Below are positions 48,153-58,783 of a DNA stretch of 64,000 nt, piece by piece. Location: contig MU005986.1 of NCBI GenBank assembly GCA_010093745.1, forward strand, positions 1 to 64,000, read 5' to 3'. The notes under the pieces were generated by a model. That model made no database searches and was not told the DNA's origin. It saw only the letters and a list, made by a program, of their open reading frames with translations. The DNA is from Piedraia hortae CBS 480.64. Lineage: Eukaryota. How positions within the stretch are numbered: the first letter of the stretch is position 1; the number at the start of each line of letters is the position of its first letter. A program made the position numbers and the translations under genes.

Positions 48153-49298
48153 CCCATAGGGTCCCTCTCAGAATTCCATAAGATACCTAACCTCCTTGAG
48201 ATTAGCGCGCGTCGTCACCTCGTCTGCTCTGAATACTTCCTGTGTTCAAGCGAAGCGCGTTTAATCGACGCGTCGACGCGCCGTACTTTCCGTGTCTGTG
48301 ATCTGAGCTCAATAGTGTACATAGTACTCACTGTCTTAATCACCTTGCTATTGACATCCAATTCCCCGTACCCAACTTGCTATGTTTTCACCAAGTAGAA
48401 CGAACAACAATGTCCCAAGTCTCTGACTCTCGCTACACCATGGCTGAGGTTGCGAATGCTGCTCGCCGCTTTGACCCCAAGATGCTCCCGCAAGGGTACG
48501 GGGTGTACCATGCCAGCGACCTATCAATTGAAGGGGTGTATGCTACATCAGAGGGAGCATTGATTGCCCTCGAGAACTCGGAAATGTTGGGATACTATGT
48601 TCTGTCAGAGGCTGCATATAGCGGAGAGAGAGGCCCCAACAGGACTAACAATCCCGAGGGCGCAACTATTTATTATGATTATAAATGCCATATGTCAAGG
48701 CAACCCTTCTGGCACTGGATGCTGGACAACTACACAGAGATGTCTTTGCAAGCACCATGCGAAGATTGTGAACAGCAAGCGAGTGGGAGGATGGTTGCTG
48801 TCGTATGTGTGTAACTTGCATAATCATCCACGCTCCACCAATTTGCAAGATATTCCGGCATATAGGCAATGGTGGAGGAGATGTCACCCCAGTGTGGCTG
48901 GAAGCCAGGTTGAACGGTTGTCCATGTCGGGTCTTCCATGTCGGGTCTTCTGTCGTCTGGACAGATTGCTGCTTTTCTGCAGGGAAATCTTGATGTGGAC
49001 ATCGAAGAGGATGAGCCTACGGCCGTACGCTGTCCCTCAAGGGCTATGGCAGGCGTATCCTTGGAAGGTGTACTTACAACCCCACCCGCAAGCTCTTGCG
49101 CAAGTTGGTGCTCCGACGGTGGGACAAATCCATAAAGACTAATCGCAAGGGGAATCAAAAGAACTGTGCAAGAGGAACAGTAAAAAATGGTAGAAATTCA
49201 ATGCCATTCCGTGCTTTCAATAGAGTGCGGTTGTGCGACGAAGCGCGCTAATCCCAAAGAGGTTAGGTACCCTATGGAATTTTGAGTGACCCTGTGGG
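48153..49298. mobile_element. Degenerate non-autonomous Mutator-like (MULE) DNA transposon relic
   Basis: About 65-bp terminal inverted repeats (48153-48217 vs reverse complement of ~49235-49298) enclose a frameshifted FAR1/MULE-type C..C..HNH ORF. Confidence 0.7.
48410..49135 (+). pseudogene. Frameshifted FAR1-like/MULE transposase N-terminal zinc-finger fragment
   Basis: Joining three frames gives ...YYDYKCHMSRQP/SGTGCWTTTQRCLCKHHAKIV...GWLLSYVCNLHNHPRSTNLQDIPAYRQ...VERLSMSGL/SSGQIAAFLQ. No DDE domain follows. Confidence 0.62.
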
Positions 49299-49373
49299 CG
49301 ACAGACAACAACAGAACAAGCCCAGGATTACGTAGCAGTGTATCCAGCATATATACGCGAGACATGACTATAG

Positions 49374-51818
49374 TCACAACATGCTTCGCACTCCCTCTAG
49401 TCTCCACCTTATGTCCTTAAGTGCCTTGCTGGTAGGCCGCCATTCTTCAAACTCGTTCACCAATTGCGCCACCTCCTCTTGCATCTTGGGTTCGCGTTTA
49501 ACAATGTCTTCTTCCAGCATACCTCTTACGGCCCAGGGCAGGTAAAACGGATTGCTGGCCCCTCTATCCGTGGGAATCATGACCGAGGCGATGCCCGGCA
49601 CCTGTGCCGCAGCCGACGCCGATCCACGGCGAATGCGGTTTGCCGTTGCCATGTTGGTAGGGAGCCCTGACAATCCGGCTCGACGCTGGGCCGCTACCCT
49701 GCGTGATCGCTCGGCATCCGTAGCTAGCAGTCGATCGGCGGCAGAGGGCTGCACCGCCGTGGTGACCGTGTTGTTCACATCACTGGTCTCCAATGCAAAC
49801 TCAATGGCGTGCTTGTAGACATTCGGGTCATCGTACAGGCGACTATGGCCTTCGCCACCCATGAGACTGCCTGCAAGAGGAGCAGATACCTCGCGTAGCA
49901 AGCCATGATCGCTGATGCCCCGGTTGCGTAGCTTCAACGCAAAGGCAACCAGGTGGGCCAGGAAATCTGGGCCTCTGAGTCGCCTGTCCACAAAGACTGC
50001 GCGTGCTGCGTACGGGTGATGAAGGGGGGCGAATAGACTGCTCTCCAGCGACACCAGCTGGTCATCAAGGCTGCCAACAAACATTGCACGTACGCCATGG
50101 CGCAAGCATGTATCAACGGCCTGTGCATACTCACGACTGACGACGCTGGACGCGTTTCCAAAATCAAATAGCTCGAGTGCGCTGCCGCCGAACCAACGGC
50201 TTCGATACTCTGGGAAAGGCCCGAGATTGATACCAGCCATGGCGCAGATGCCGATGCGCGTGCGGGGGCTGATGGCATTCATCCTGATGAGCTTAGCCAC
50301 AAGCATAAATGCCACTGGTACTCCCTGGGAATGACAGGCCACCAGGATGAAGTTGGCCTGACGTAGGTGGTCCAGCCAGTTGAGCAGCAGCTTCCACAAC
50401 GTTGCAACTCGGTCGGCAATGACGCCCTCGCCTTCCAGCGCCACCTTTTCGATTTCGACGTCAGAGATCGTCGGCTGATGTTCCTGACACCAGCTTTGGA
50501 TCGCATCTGCCGCATGGTTGGCGAAGCGGATTGATGTCCCTGTCGGTGGACCCAACACCCTCTGGATGAGCGGGGCCGGGACATATCCGTGTACACCGAT
50601 AGCGACCGCTTTCTTGACCAGCAGTGGCGATGATACAATGTAGGGATGGCTTGGGGGTGGCTCGCTGTCTTGCAAGCGCAGTTTCTGGGCCAGTGACGTT
50701 GATAGTCGTTCCAGATATCCTGGTTGAACCTGGAGTGGGTACGTGTCCCGAAGCGAGGGGAGGATATGATTTCGACGCCGCAGCTTGGTGCTCGTATCCG
50801 AAGTGTCTGTATGGATGTTGGTATCCTGTACCTCGTCTTCTGCCTCTGCCTTTTCATCAGTAGGTTGGGTCTGGTGTTCTTCAAACTGAGCAGCTTCGGG
50901 GTGGCTTTGGCTCGGTGTATCAGCCACAGCCAGTTCTCCAACCTCCTTGTGCGGACCATCAGTACTGTTCGCCCGAGATTTCCTATTGCCTGCCCAAAAG
51001 GCCCAACCTGTCGATTTCCGCGGTTTCGAGTCTGATTTGGCCTTGCCAGCTACATCGGCAGCTGAATCAAGGAATTCGGCCTCTGGCGCCTCAGGTTGCA
51101 GGTCCATCTGCGCCTCTGCCACTGCATGTTCATTTTGTTCCTTTGACCAGCGGCTGAACCACATGCGTGACGAACGAAAGCTTTGGTAGAGGTCAGGACG
51201 CTGGTTATCTTGCCGTTCGGCCATTGATTCCGACCCTTGTACGGTTGGAGATGCAGAGGAATCTGGTGCAGTCTCTTTTACCCCATTTGCAGCACTTTCA
51301 TCTTCCACTTTTCTCCGCTTGGAATCACTCTTATCCTCATCGCTACCGTATCCATCAGGTCTAGACCACCAGCCAAACCAGGTGCCTGCCTGTTGTGCCA
51401 GCTTATAAGTATTGTCTTTGATAGCTGAAGAATCCTTGGGGTCCAATGACGCACGTCTGAAGGCTTCTGGACCAAATCCGAGGGGTTGTTCCCCGCCCGT
51501 CTTTGCGATGATGGCATGGACGCGGGTTTCCTCGGCCACCAGCGGGCCGCTCTTCCGCGAACCACGCAGGCCTTTGCTGACAGACTGGTTGGGTCGCTGA
51601 GCAGTTTCGCTTGCTTCAGACGTGGCACCGCCCGTTACCGAGACGCTCTCGTTGGCAATCTGAGTGATTGCGCCGGCTTTTGTACGCCATGAGCCCCCAT
51701 TATACCAGCTGCGCGCGCGGGGCGGCTTTTTATCCGCGTCGGTCGTTGAGGGATCAGGCTTGTTATCTTTGTTCTCATCGGCAGCGGTCTTGCTGCCCTT
51801 TTGACGGCCAGAAGCCAT
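49374..51818 (-). CDS. YML020W-like conserved fungal protein (alpha/beta-hydrolase-like C-terminal half)
   Basis: Motifs KKAVAIGVHG, GPPTGTSIRFA, IEKVALEGEG, ACHSQGVPV, AMAGINLGPF, DQLVSLESS, GEGHSRLY and NPFYLPWAVRG. Confidence 0.78.
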   Translation of the reverse strand: MASGRQKGSKTAADENKDNKPDPSTTDADKKPPRARSWYNGGSWRTKAGAITQIANESVSVTGGATSEASETAQRPNQSVSKGLRGSRKSGPLVAEETRVHAIIAKTGGEQPLGFGPEAFRRASLDPKDSSAIKDNTYKLAQQAGTWFGWWSRPDGYGSDEDKSDSKRRKVEDESAANGVKETAPDSSASPTVQGSESMAERQDNQRPDLYQSFRSSRMWFSRWSKEQNEHAVAEAQMDLQPEAPEAEFLDSAADVAGKAKSDSKPRKSTGWAFWAGNRKSRANSTDGPHKEVGELAVADTPSQSHPEAAQFEEHQTQPTDEKAEAEDEVQDTNIHTDTSDTSTKLRRRNHILPSLRDTYPLQVQPGYLERLSTSLAQKLRLQDSEPPPSHPYIVSSPLLVKKAVAIGVHGYVPAPLIQRVLGPPTGTSIRFANHAADAIQSWCQEHQPTISDVEIEKVALEGEGVIADRVATLWKLLLNWLDHLRQANFILVACHSQGVPVAFMLVAKLIRMNAISPRTRIGICAMAGINLGPFPEYRSRWFGGSALELFDFGNASSVVSREYAQAVDTCLRHGVRAMFVGSLDDQLVSLESSLFAPLHHPYAARAVFVDRRLRGPDFLAHLVAFALKLRNRGISDHGLLREVSAPLAGSLMGGEGHSRLYDDPNVYKHAIEFALETSDVNNTVTTAVQPSAADRLLATDAERSRRVAAQRRAGLSGLPTNMATANRIRRGSASAAAQVPGIASVMIPTDRGASNPFYLPWAVRGMLEEDIVKREPKMQEEVAQLVNEFEEWRPTSKALKDIRWRLEGVRSML

Positions 51819-52176
51819 GTGACGTGTTGCTGTAGAGTCGGGGGATTTCCCCGCATCAGGAAGGCGGGGTGGCGGGGTTCGGAAAGACTCTTCAGCAGTC
51901 TCTTAGGTATGCAATCACATGTATATCTTGTTCTCACCGCATGAGGAGCTAATCTTGGGAAGAGAGCCTCGCATCGGAGATCTTCTGCCAAAAGGAAATT
52001 AACTCGCATAGAAATAGATGGCATTCCCCCTGACCTGTCAAGAAACTGTCAATGTCATATGATATCATCATCTGAAAAGCGGACAGAGCTCGGTCCGGTC
52101 CGAGCCTAGTGTGCTCGGAAATACCCGTGTGCCCACCGCAACTTGCCAAAAAATATTCAGCGGTACGAGATAGGCA

Positions 52177-54558
52177 ATGGAAACTCCTTACACGCTTACG
52201 GTTCTCGCGCGACCGCTAGATCCTGACAAGGGAAAAGTACGCTCCGCAGCTGTGTACGGGTTTGGCGGGAGTAGAAAGCGGAAACGGAATGAACTTGTGG
52301 TCGGTGTAGACGGGGACAGCATCAGCATCCAAGACATTCGCAGCCAGTCAGTAGTCAGCACATGTGTCCTGCCGCCGCAGTCATATCTCTGCTGCGCACC
52401 TACATCAGCCTGCTGCAAACGATGGAGGCCGAATCGCCTAACTTTTGCCGTCCTGCGGGAGCTTCCAAGGGGTAAGAGGGCCATTTTTTCCTTTTGCGAA
52501 AGCGTCGAGTCGTTGCAGGATGCTGCGGTACAGACCAAGAGCCATGTAACCCGGAGGCTTCCCCTGCAGGACGGCGATATCGTGTCCCTGGACACCTTTG
52601 GCTCGGACGAGAGACTCCGAGTCCTGGTGTCGTATCGCAACGGCCTCGTTAACTGCGTCAAGGGTGATGTTTCAAAAATCGAATGGAGGCAATGGACATT
52701 GACGGCCGAGGAACGCAGCAGCGAACAGCTGAGTGTAGACGATGCTGGAGTGACTGATGTCGCCATCGCTCGGAGTGGCCTTCTAGCCGGGCGGGAGGAT
52801 CTTCTAGTGCAGCTGGACGAGAAAGCAACGCTTTACTACCAAGTAATTAAACGTCTCGGTCGACGATGGCTACGGTTTCACTCCATCAACGACGAAAACG
52901 GCGTAAATCTGATTGCAAGCTGCAAACTTCCCATGGCGAAAGGCTCAGACACACAACAGTACCAGATGCACATCAGCTCCGCTCAGCTGTTCGAACTCCG
53001 CAACGGTGTCTTGAGCATATATGACCTAAGCCTGCTCGCACCACGGATAGTGGCCACATTTGGCCCTAATGTCAAGAGCTTTGCACGTCTTGGACCGTCA
53101 ACCGTCCTCGTCGCCCACCCGGACTGCCTGGCCATCTACGAGACTCGTTTCAACACTCTCCAAGCCTCCCTCCCGCTGAAAACGTCCAAGCTGCAAACCA
53201 TGACGTATTACTCGGACATTGGCTTGGTGGCCATGCTATGGGATGACGAGATCAAATGCATGCAGCTCTCGGAACAAATACAGTCTCAGAGCCGACGGGG
53301 CGTGGTGCTGGCAGACATTGTTAGCAAAGGCAACGGAGTCAACGCCAAGACTTCATCTAAATTCGAGCAATGGAAGAAGGAGGTAGACGAGGCCGAGAGC
53401 GCCAGGCTCGAAGGCTACCTCTGCAACGCACTCGGATTCAAATCACCCGAAGGGGGAGAAGAAATTCTGACTTCTGAAGTGTTCAAACCCGCCCTCATGG
53501 ACTCAAAACAAGTCTACTACATTCTAACCAAATTGTTCCACATGGCCGAAGGCCAACCCCTGCAAGCCACATCAGACAACACAAAACTATACGTCTGGCT
53601 GGCGTTAGCAGGCTTCCTCACCGCCCAAAGCCTACAAACAGCATTGGCACTCTACAATCCCTCCTCCCCCACCATCAAACTCGGAGAAATCATGTCCTCT
53701 ATAGCGGTGGGAACCGGCCTCCAAACTGTGCATGACCTCCTCGCACTGGACATCTACTGGGACATTGAAGAAGTTATGTCCGCACTGCAGGCGCTCATTC
53801 GCTCGTTCAAAACTCCCGATCAGGAAGAAGGCCCCCTCAAGGCCTTACCTTCCGCCCACGGTGAGGAGGATGAAGCTGTTGCCGCAGCAGAACAAGAGCT
53901 AAATATGGCCATCCTCGCCTTGTCGTCGGGTCTACAAGTCCGGAGCGAGGCTCTGCGTCACGCACTGCGCAGGCTAGAGAAGTTCTCCACGGACGCAGTG
54001 CGGGACACCATGAGAGCGCAAGTGTCCGCTGAGGAGATACTATTCCTGATGAAAATCCTCCGAATTGAGCTCAAGGATGGCGGGTGGACGAGACGGTATA
54101 TCGATTTGGAAGATGAAGTTGATATCACCGATGGTGACGAGGAGGAGGATGAGGAGAGGGAGACGGACGATTCGGCGGGTGGGAGTATTGGCAAATTGCT
54201 CGGATGCGCGGTCGATGCTATTGGGATTAGTGGGTGGTTGGTGGGCCAGAGGGGTGAGCAGCTTGGCGCAGAAGAACTTCTCGAGGGGTTGAGGATGGAG
54301 GTTGGTTTCGCTGCGGAAGGGCTTGCGGAGATGAAGCAGTTGTGGTATATGCTCCAGGAGGTTGTTGGGTATGGACACTGGATTGAAAAAGAGGGAAAGA
54401 AGGAGAAGGAGAGGAGGAAGGAGAATAAGAAGAGGAAAAGGCAGGAGGAGGAGGAGGAGGAGGAGGATAAAGTCAAAGTCGAAGAGTGGCTTCCTTTGGA
54501 GCGCAAGAAGGTCCGGCAAAGAGACAGGGAATACACATTTGAGCGGATACAAGTGTGA
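52177..54558 (+). CDS. Utp8-like nucleolar protein (beta-propeller plus helical C-terminus)
   Basis: Motifs SRKRKRNELVVGVDGDSISI, LPPQSYLCCAP, IYETRFNTLQA, LKILRIEL, VDAIGISGW and terminal YTFERI; single exon, 793 aa. Confidence 0.62.
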   Translation: METPYTLTVLARPLDPDKGKVRSAAVYGFGGSRKRKRNELVVGVDGDSISIQDIRSQSVVSTCVLPPQSYLCCAPTSACCKRWRPNRLTFAVLRELPRGKRAIFSFCESVESLQDAAVQTKSHVTRRLPLQDGDIVSLDTFGSDERLRVLVSYRNGLVNCVKGDVSKIEWRQWTLTAEERSSEQLSVDDAGVTDVAIARSGLLAGREDLLVQLDEKATLYYQVIKRLGRRWLRFHSINDENGVNLIASCKLPMAKGSDTQQYQMHISSAQLFELRNGVLSIYDLSLLAPRIVATFGPNVKSFARLGPSTVLVAHPDCLAIYETRFNTLQASLPLKTSKLQTMTYYSDIGLVAMLWDDEIKCMQLSEQIQSQSRRGVVLADIVSKGNGVNAKTSSKFEQWKKEVDEAESARLEGYLCNALGFKSPEGGEEILTSEVFKPALMDSKQVYYILTKLFHMAEGQPLQATSDNTKLYVWLALAGFLTAQSLQTALALYNPSSPTIKLGEIMSSIAVGTGLQTVHDLLALDIYWDIEEVMSALQALIRSFKTPDQEEGPLKALPSAHGEEDEAVAAAEQELNMAILALSSGLQVRSEALRHALRRLEKFSTDAVRDTMRAQVSAEEILFLMKILRIELKDGGWTRRYIDLEDEVDITDGDEEEDEERETDDSAGGSIGKLLGCAVDAIGISGWLVGQRGEQLGAEELLEGLRMEVGFAAEGLAEMKQLWYMLQEVVGYGHWIEKEGKKEKERRKENKKRKRQEEEEEEEDKVKVEEWLPLERKKVRQRDREYTFERIQV

Positions 54559-54647
54559 TATAGATCAGCAAGACCGTGGGTAATGTGGCAACGTTATCAC
54601 ATTGGATGTTCTATCCTACACATTAACAAGCCAGCGGCTGAGAATTT

Positions 54648-56108
54648 TTACAAGTCTAAGCCGACCTTCTCCTGAAAGGCCTTCAAGGGCCGCAAATCCT
54701 TTGTAGCGATATACCAGTGACGGACGTGGGATCCGTGGCTCCAGCTGACCATGTCACTGTAATAGTCGAATTTTTGCTGCACAAACATGTTTGCCGAATG
54801 GTGCATATTACGGAGGCTGATACGCTGACACTCTGGGACAAAGGGCTTGAGGCTCACGACACGCGCGCCTTCTTTGAGATCGAGAAACATGTCACGCAGC
54901 TTCTCATTCAGGGCGGGAGTGAAGACCTGGTTGTTCACCAAGACGACATCTGCGCGCTGCAGCAGGGCCGGTATATCCGGATGTAAAGTCATATCACCAT
55001 CCATGAGATTGACGGTGCCAGGCTGAAGACCCCAGAAACCCCTTACGCGGGCGAGGAACTCTTTGGACTGCAGCCTCGCCAGCTCACAGGGGTTCTTCAT
55101 CATCTCGATGCCGTGAGCCTCACAGCCGGTTTCCAGCGCGGCCTGCAGCACGACGTTGGCGACGCCGGAGCCGAGATCGATGAAGACGTCGTTCTGCGAG
55201 AGTCCTGTCCGGCGGAAGATTTCAGTCGAGAACCGCGGCAGCAGCTCTCCGTACACGTTGTCCGACCCGGATTTGTACGCCCTCAGCTTAGCCACGTTGG
55301 GACTGACGGTGCGGGAGAATGTCTGGTCCAGAATCTTCTGTATCCACTTGAGGTCCGACGACTGGCTGGCGACGTGGGCTGCCATGGCTCCAGATGCGAT
55401 CAGTTCCGACATGGCTGCGTTGAAATCGGCCACGGCGCTTTTCCAAGCAGACAAGTCTTTGGTTCTAAAGGCGCGGCGCAGACGTCGCTCAATGCCGTTG
55501 TTGACGTCCTGAAGCTCAGCGCGCTTCGCCGGCGGTACGTAGTAGTCTATGATGGTCTCTATCGTGGACCGCATGTCCTCTAGCGGGTTGTAATAGTCAT
55601 CGTTCCTGGGCCATTTGAGCTCGAATCGTTCCCGGCCGCCTGCAGTGGGATATTGCAGCTCGATCGTCAGTTCAGAGGAGCCTTCGCTTTCCCAGTGGTT
55701 ATATAACTTGTCTGCCTTGTGTCCAGATGTGAGACTCGCGCCATGAATCAAATCCTTGACAACGTCTGCAGTGTAGGACGACGAGGCAAACGCTGCTGTG
55801 CGGACTACTTTGCGAGGCGGTCCGGTCACTTCTTCCTCTTCTAGCATGCGCGGCCGTTTGCGAGGCTCTGGTGTCGCGTCCTCCTGCTCTGAATCGCTAC
55901 TGCTGCTGAATGCGACGTCTGGTGTCGCGCTCTTACGTTTGAGACATCGTGTGCGCGGCGTCGACAGCTGGTACCGCTTCGCGGCAGCCTTCTCTACCAC
56001 TGGCGTCACGTTTTCTTTGGTAGGCTTCGCCGGAGGTTTCTTGGCCGTCGCCGGCACGCGATGGCGTACTACCACCGGCTTCGGCTGCGGATTTTTGAAG
56101 AAATTCAT
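54648..56108 (-). CDS. DOT1: Histone H3K79 methyltransferase
   Basis: Motifs NVYGELLPRF, VFIDLGSGVANVVLQAALETGC, GIEMM, ADVVLVNNQVF, RVVSLKPFVP and VSWS. Confidence 0.94.
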   Translation of the reverse strand: MNFFKNPQPKPVVVRHRVPATAKKPPAKPTKENVTPVVEKAAAKRYQLSTPRTRCLKRKSATPDVAFSSSSDSEQEDATPEPRKRPRMLEEEEVTGPPRKVVRTAAFASSSYTADVVKDLIHGASLTSGHKADKLYNHWESEGSSELTIELQYPTAGGRERFELKWPRNDDYYNPLEDMRSTIETIIDYYVPPAKRAELQDVNNGIERRLRRAFRTKDLSAWKSAVADFNAAMSELIASGAMAAHVASQSSDLKWIQKILDQTFSRTVSPNVAKLRAYKSGSDNVYGELLPRFSTEIFRRTGLSQNDVFIDLGSGVANVVLQAALETGCEAHGIEMMKNPCELARLQSKEFLARVRGFWGLQPGTVNLMDGDMTLHPDIPALLQRADVVLVNNQVFTPALNEKLRDMFLDLKEGARVVSLKPFVPECQRISLRNMHHSANMFVQQKFDYYSDMVSWSHGSHVRHWYIATKDLRPLKAFQEKVGLDL

Positions 56109-56414
56109 GCTGGTTGTGGTAGGAATTACAGCGTTTTGACGCGTGGTACGAAAAAAAAAAGTCGTGACTCAGAAGTGGCTGACGACCAGCCTTGGCCGCA
56201 TCAGGCAACCGGCTCAACTACATTCATCCTAGCTCCATCATCACCAATTGACTCATCCGGCGGGCTAAAGGCCGTTAAAACGTTGCCTAGAGCTTGCTAA
56301 AATTTCCAGTTTCTCAACTCAGCCAAAATAACTCGGCACGTGACAGCAGCGGTAGACCCGCAGCTCTTAAGGGCACAGAATCACGTACAAATGCTAACTC
56401 CTTCGCAAGCCATG

Positions 56415-56980
56415 TCATATCGAGGTACACTGTGAACTAAACACCGGTAATCCCGGTCGGGGAACCTCTTCCAAGACGCGCGGGATCTGCAACAGTCCCT
56501 CTTGCACATCTTTCTCCGACGGATGAGGGAGGTCGCGGGAGAGAATGTACAAGTCCTTCGGTCTCCCTGACAGCATTCGACGGATGTAGACCCACCACGG
56601 TATTCGAATGCCGGCCAGATTAACATTGTAATTGGGTTTTGTCACATATGCAATTCTCTCGTCTGGAAGCCATAGGTCGTACTGGTATACAGTCACGAAG
56701 AATGCGCCACGCGGGATTGGCTTTCTCAAGCATCGTAGCTGTTCGTCTGAACGAGCGGGTCAACACAAGCTGTCTTTTTCCTGGGGAGATGGGATTGGAA
56801 GGTACCTTTTGCCAGAAGCTTCGACAGCGCGGCTTCTGAAGTCTTCAATACGTCATCATCGCGGAAGTTGTAGGCGTAGATTGGGGACTTGTCGCAAGTA
56901 TTGAGCGTAGACCTATCATCTTCCACAGCTGTAGTGGCAGTGGAGGAGACTGAGTAATCACTCTGGCTGCTATTATCCAT
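56415..56980 (-). CDS. Hypothetical orphan protein of about 168 aa; intron 56805-56747
   Basis: Two track ORFs join in frame through G|gtacct...gttgac..ttcag|AC, giving ...SKLLAKDEQLRCLRKPIPRG...; no family recognised. Confidence 0.5.
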
Positions 56981-57973
56981 AGGGATTGTCGTTGTTTTAG
57001 GGCGAGGCTGTGTGATGCATTCGTATCATCTAACGCCAGTGGCGTGCCGTCCCGAAGGATTGACCGCAGCTTCCCGCAGGGCGTGAACATGTTACATTAG
57101 GGCGCGGCAAAGCATTGAAAGTACAGCTAAAAGATAAAGAACTACAAATAGTAGTACAGGCTTACCCTTGTGGCGAGGGAGAAGATGCTGGAAGATAATA
57201 TGAACGACAGCAAGAAGACGAGCATGCGCGGGAGGATCACAGTGACAGATTGGCAAAGCTATCAAAGGCTGCTCGAGTGAGAATCGGTCAATGTATTTAG
57301 TGCCATTGGTCTAAGATCATCAAACATATCATTAGAATGACTGACAACACCGTGTGGTTTTGATTCATCATCATGTCGAGGTGACATAATTCCCACCCAA
57401 CATCACACCATGATCGTCACAAGCGACCACACCCTTCTCGGGCCCAGTGGGTTCGTCACCAGTCCTAGAAGCTCCAATAGCTTCGTAGCAACCTTATATC
57501 TTACATCATCACGCATACCCACCAAAAAACGAGGCACTCTTTCATTCTATCCAGCTGTTTCCAGAGATGGACACAAGTAGAGCATATTGTCGTACTGTAG
57601 CCCCCACGACAAATGCACCAATATAACCCAATCAACCCAAGCAGCAGGCATGCAAAAGAATCCAGATCTCTTGACCGATCTCAGCTGCACCTTACCGATC
57701 GGGGGTATACAGCCGTTAGCCGTTTTTCCGGGGTAAGGAGACCTTTCCACCTAAACAGGCAGGAGGAATCAAGACCTCACCTGAAAAAAAATTCCTAATT
57801 CCAGGGTCTATTGCCTCGATGACGCAGACCCTGCTGATGTCATGTTCTATCGTGCATAAAAACCCACATCCGTGAATACATCCCTCCTCATCCCTTCCTC
57901 TCACACACACTCTCTCTCCTCGATCAAAGATCCAAAACCCACATACACCCCCAACCCTGAAATAAAACCCACC

Positions 57974-58597
57974 ATGTCCCAAGAAAGCTCCTCCAAGCAA
58001 ATCTTCGCCCCACCCCAACGTCTTTGCGCGCATCTCAACGCCTTCCACACATACGCTTCTGAGCCCGGTGTCCGCAGCGTCGAAGCGAACCATTACTGTG
58101 CGCACCTGAACGATGACGTGCGGCAATGCATCCTCTACGATTCTGACAAGCCCAACGCGCGCCTCATTGGAGTCGAATACATGATCAAACCCCACCTCTT
58201 TGAAAAGCTCGACGACGAGGAGAAGAAACTCTGGCACTCGCATGTCTTTGAGGTTAAATCTGGGATGTTGTTTCTGCCGAAACCGGAGGGGGTGTCGAAG
58301 GAGGAGTGGGAAAAGGAGGAGTTGAAAGAGATGGAGCAGGTTGTGACGCTTTATGGCAAAGTTTATCACCTCTGGCAGGTGGATAGGGGGGATGAGTTGC
58401 CTTTGGGTCCTGCGATGCTCATGACGTCGTTTACGGAGCCGGGGCAGTTCAAGGATTGGGATGGGGCTGTGGGGGGGAGGGATCGGAGGTTTGGGATTGA
58501 TAGTGCGAAGAAGGCGGAGTTGAGGAAGGGGATCAAGGAGCCGGAGATTGTAAAGGGTGCGGATTGGGCTTGGGAGAAAAATAAGCAGACGGAGTGA
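57974..58597 (+). CDS. DUF1264 / oil-body-associated protein family
   Basis: Motifs HLNAFH, VEANHYCAHL, RQCILYDS, ARLIGVEYMI, WHSHVFEVKSG, YGKVYHLWQVDRGDELPLG. Confidence 0.88.
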   Translation: MSQESSSKQIFAPPQRLCAHLNAFHTYASEPGVRSVEANHYCAHLNDDVRQCILYDSDKPNARLIGVEYMIKPHLFEKLDDEEKKLWHSHVFEVKSGMLFLPKPEGVSKEEWEKEELKEMEQVVTLYGKVYHLWQVDRGDELPLGPAMLMTSFTEPGQFKDWDGAVGGRDRRFGIDSAKKAELRKGIKEPEIVKGADWAWEKNKQTE

Positions 58598-58783
58598 TAT
58601 CTGTCTTTATGGTGAGATGTTGCTGTATATAGAAGAATCAACTCTGCTCATGCCGATGAATATAATGTACTCAGACCTATACAATATTTGTGGAAGTTTT
58701 CTTGGCGTTCACACGTTGTGTTTTCATACAAACAACTCTTATCTTCTCTTAAAAGAAGAAGTATCTACATCTCCGATTAACAA

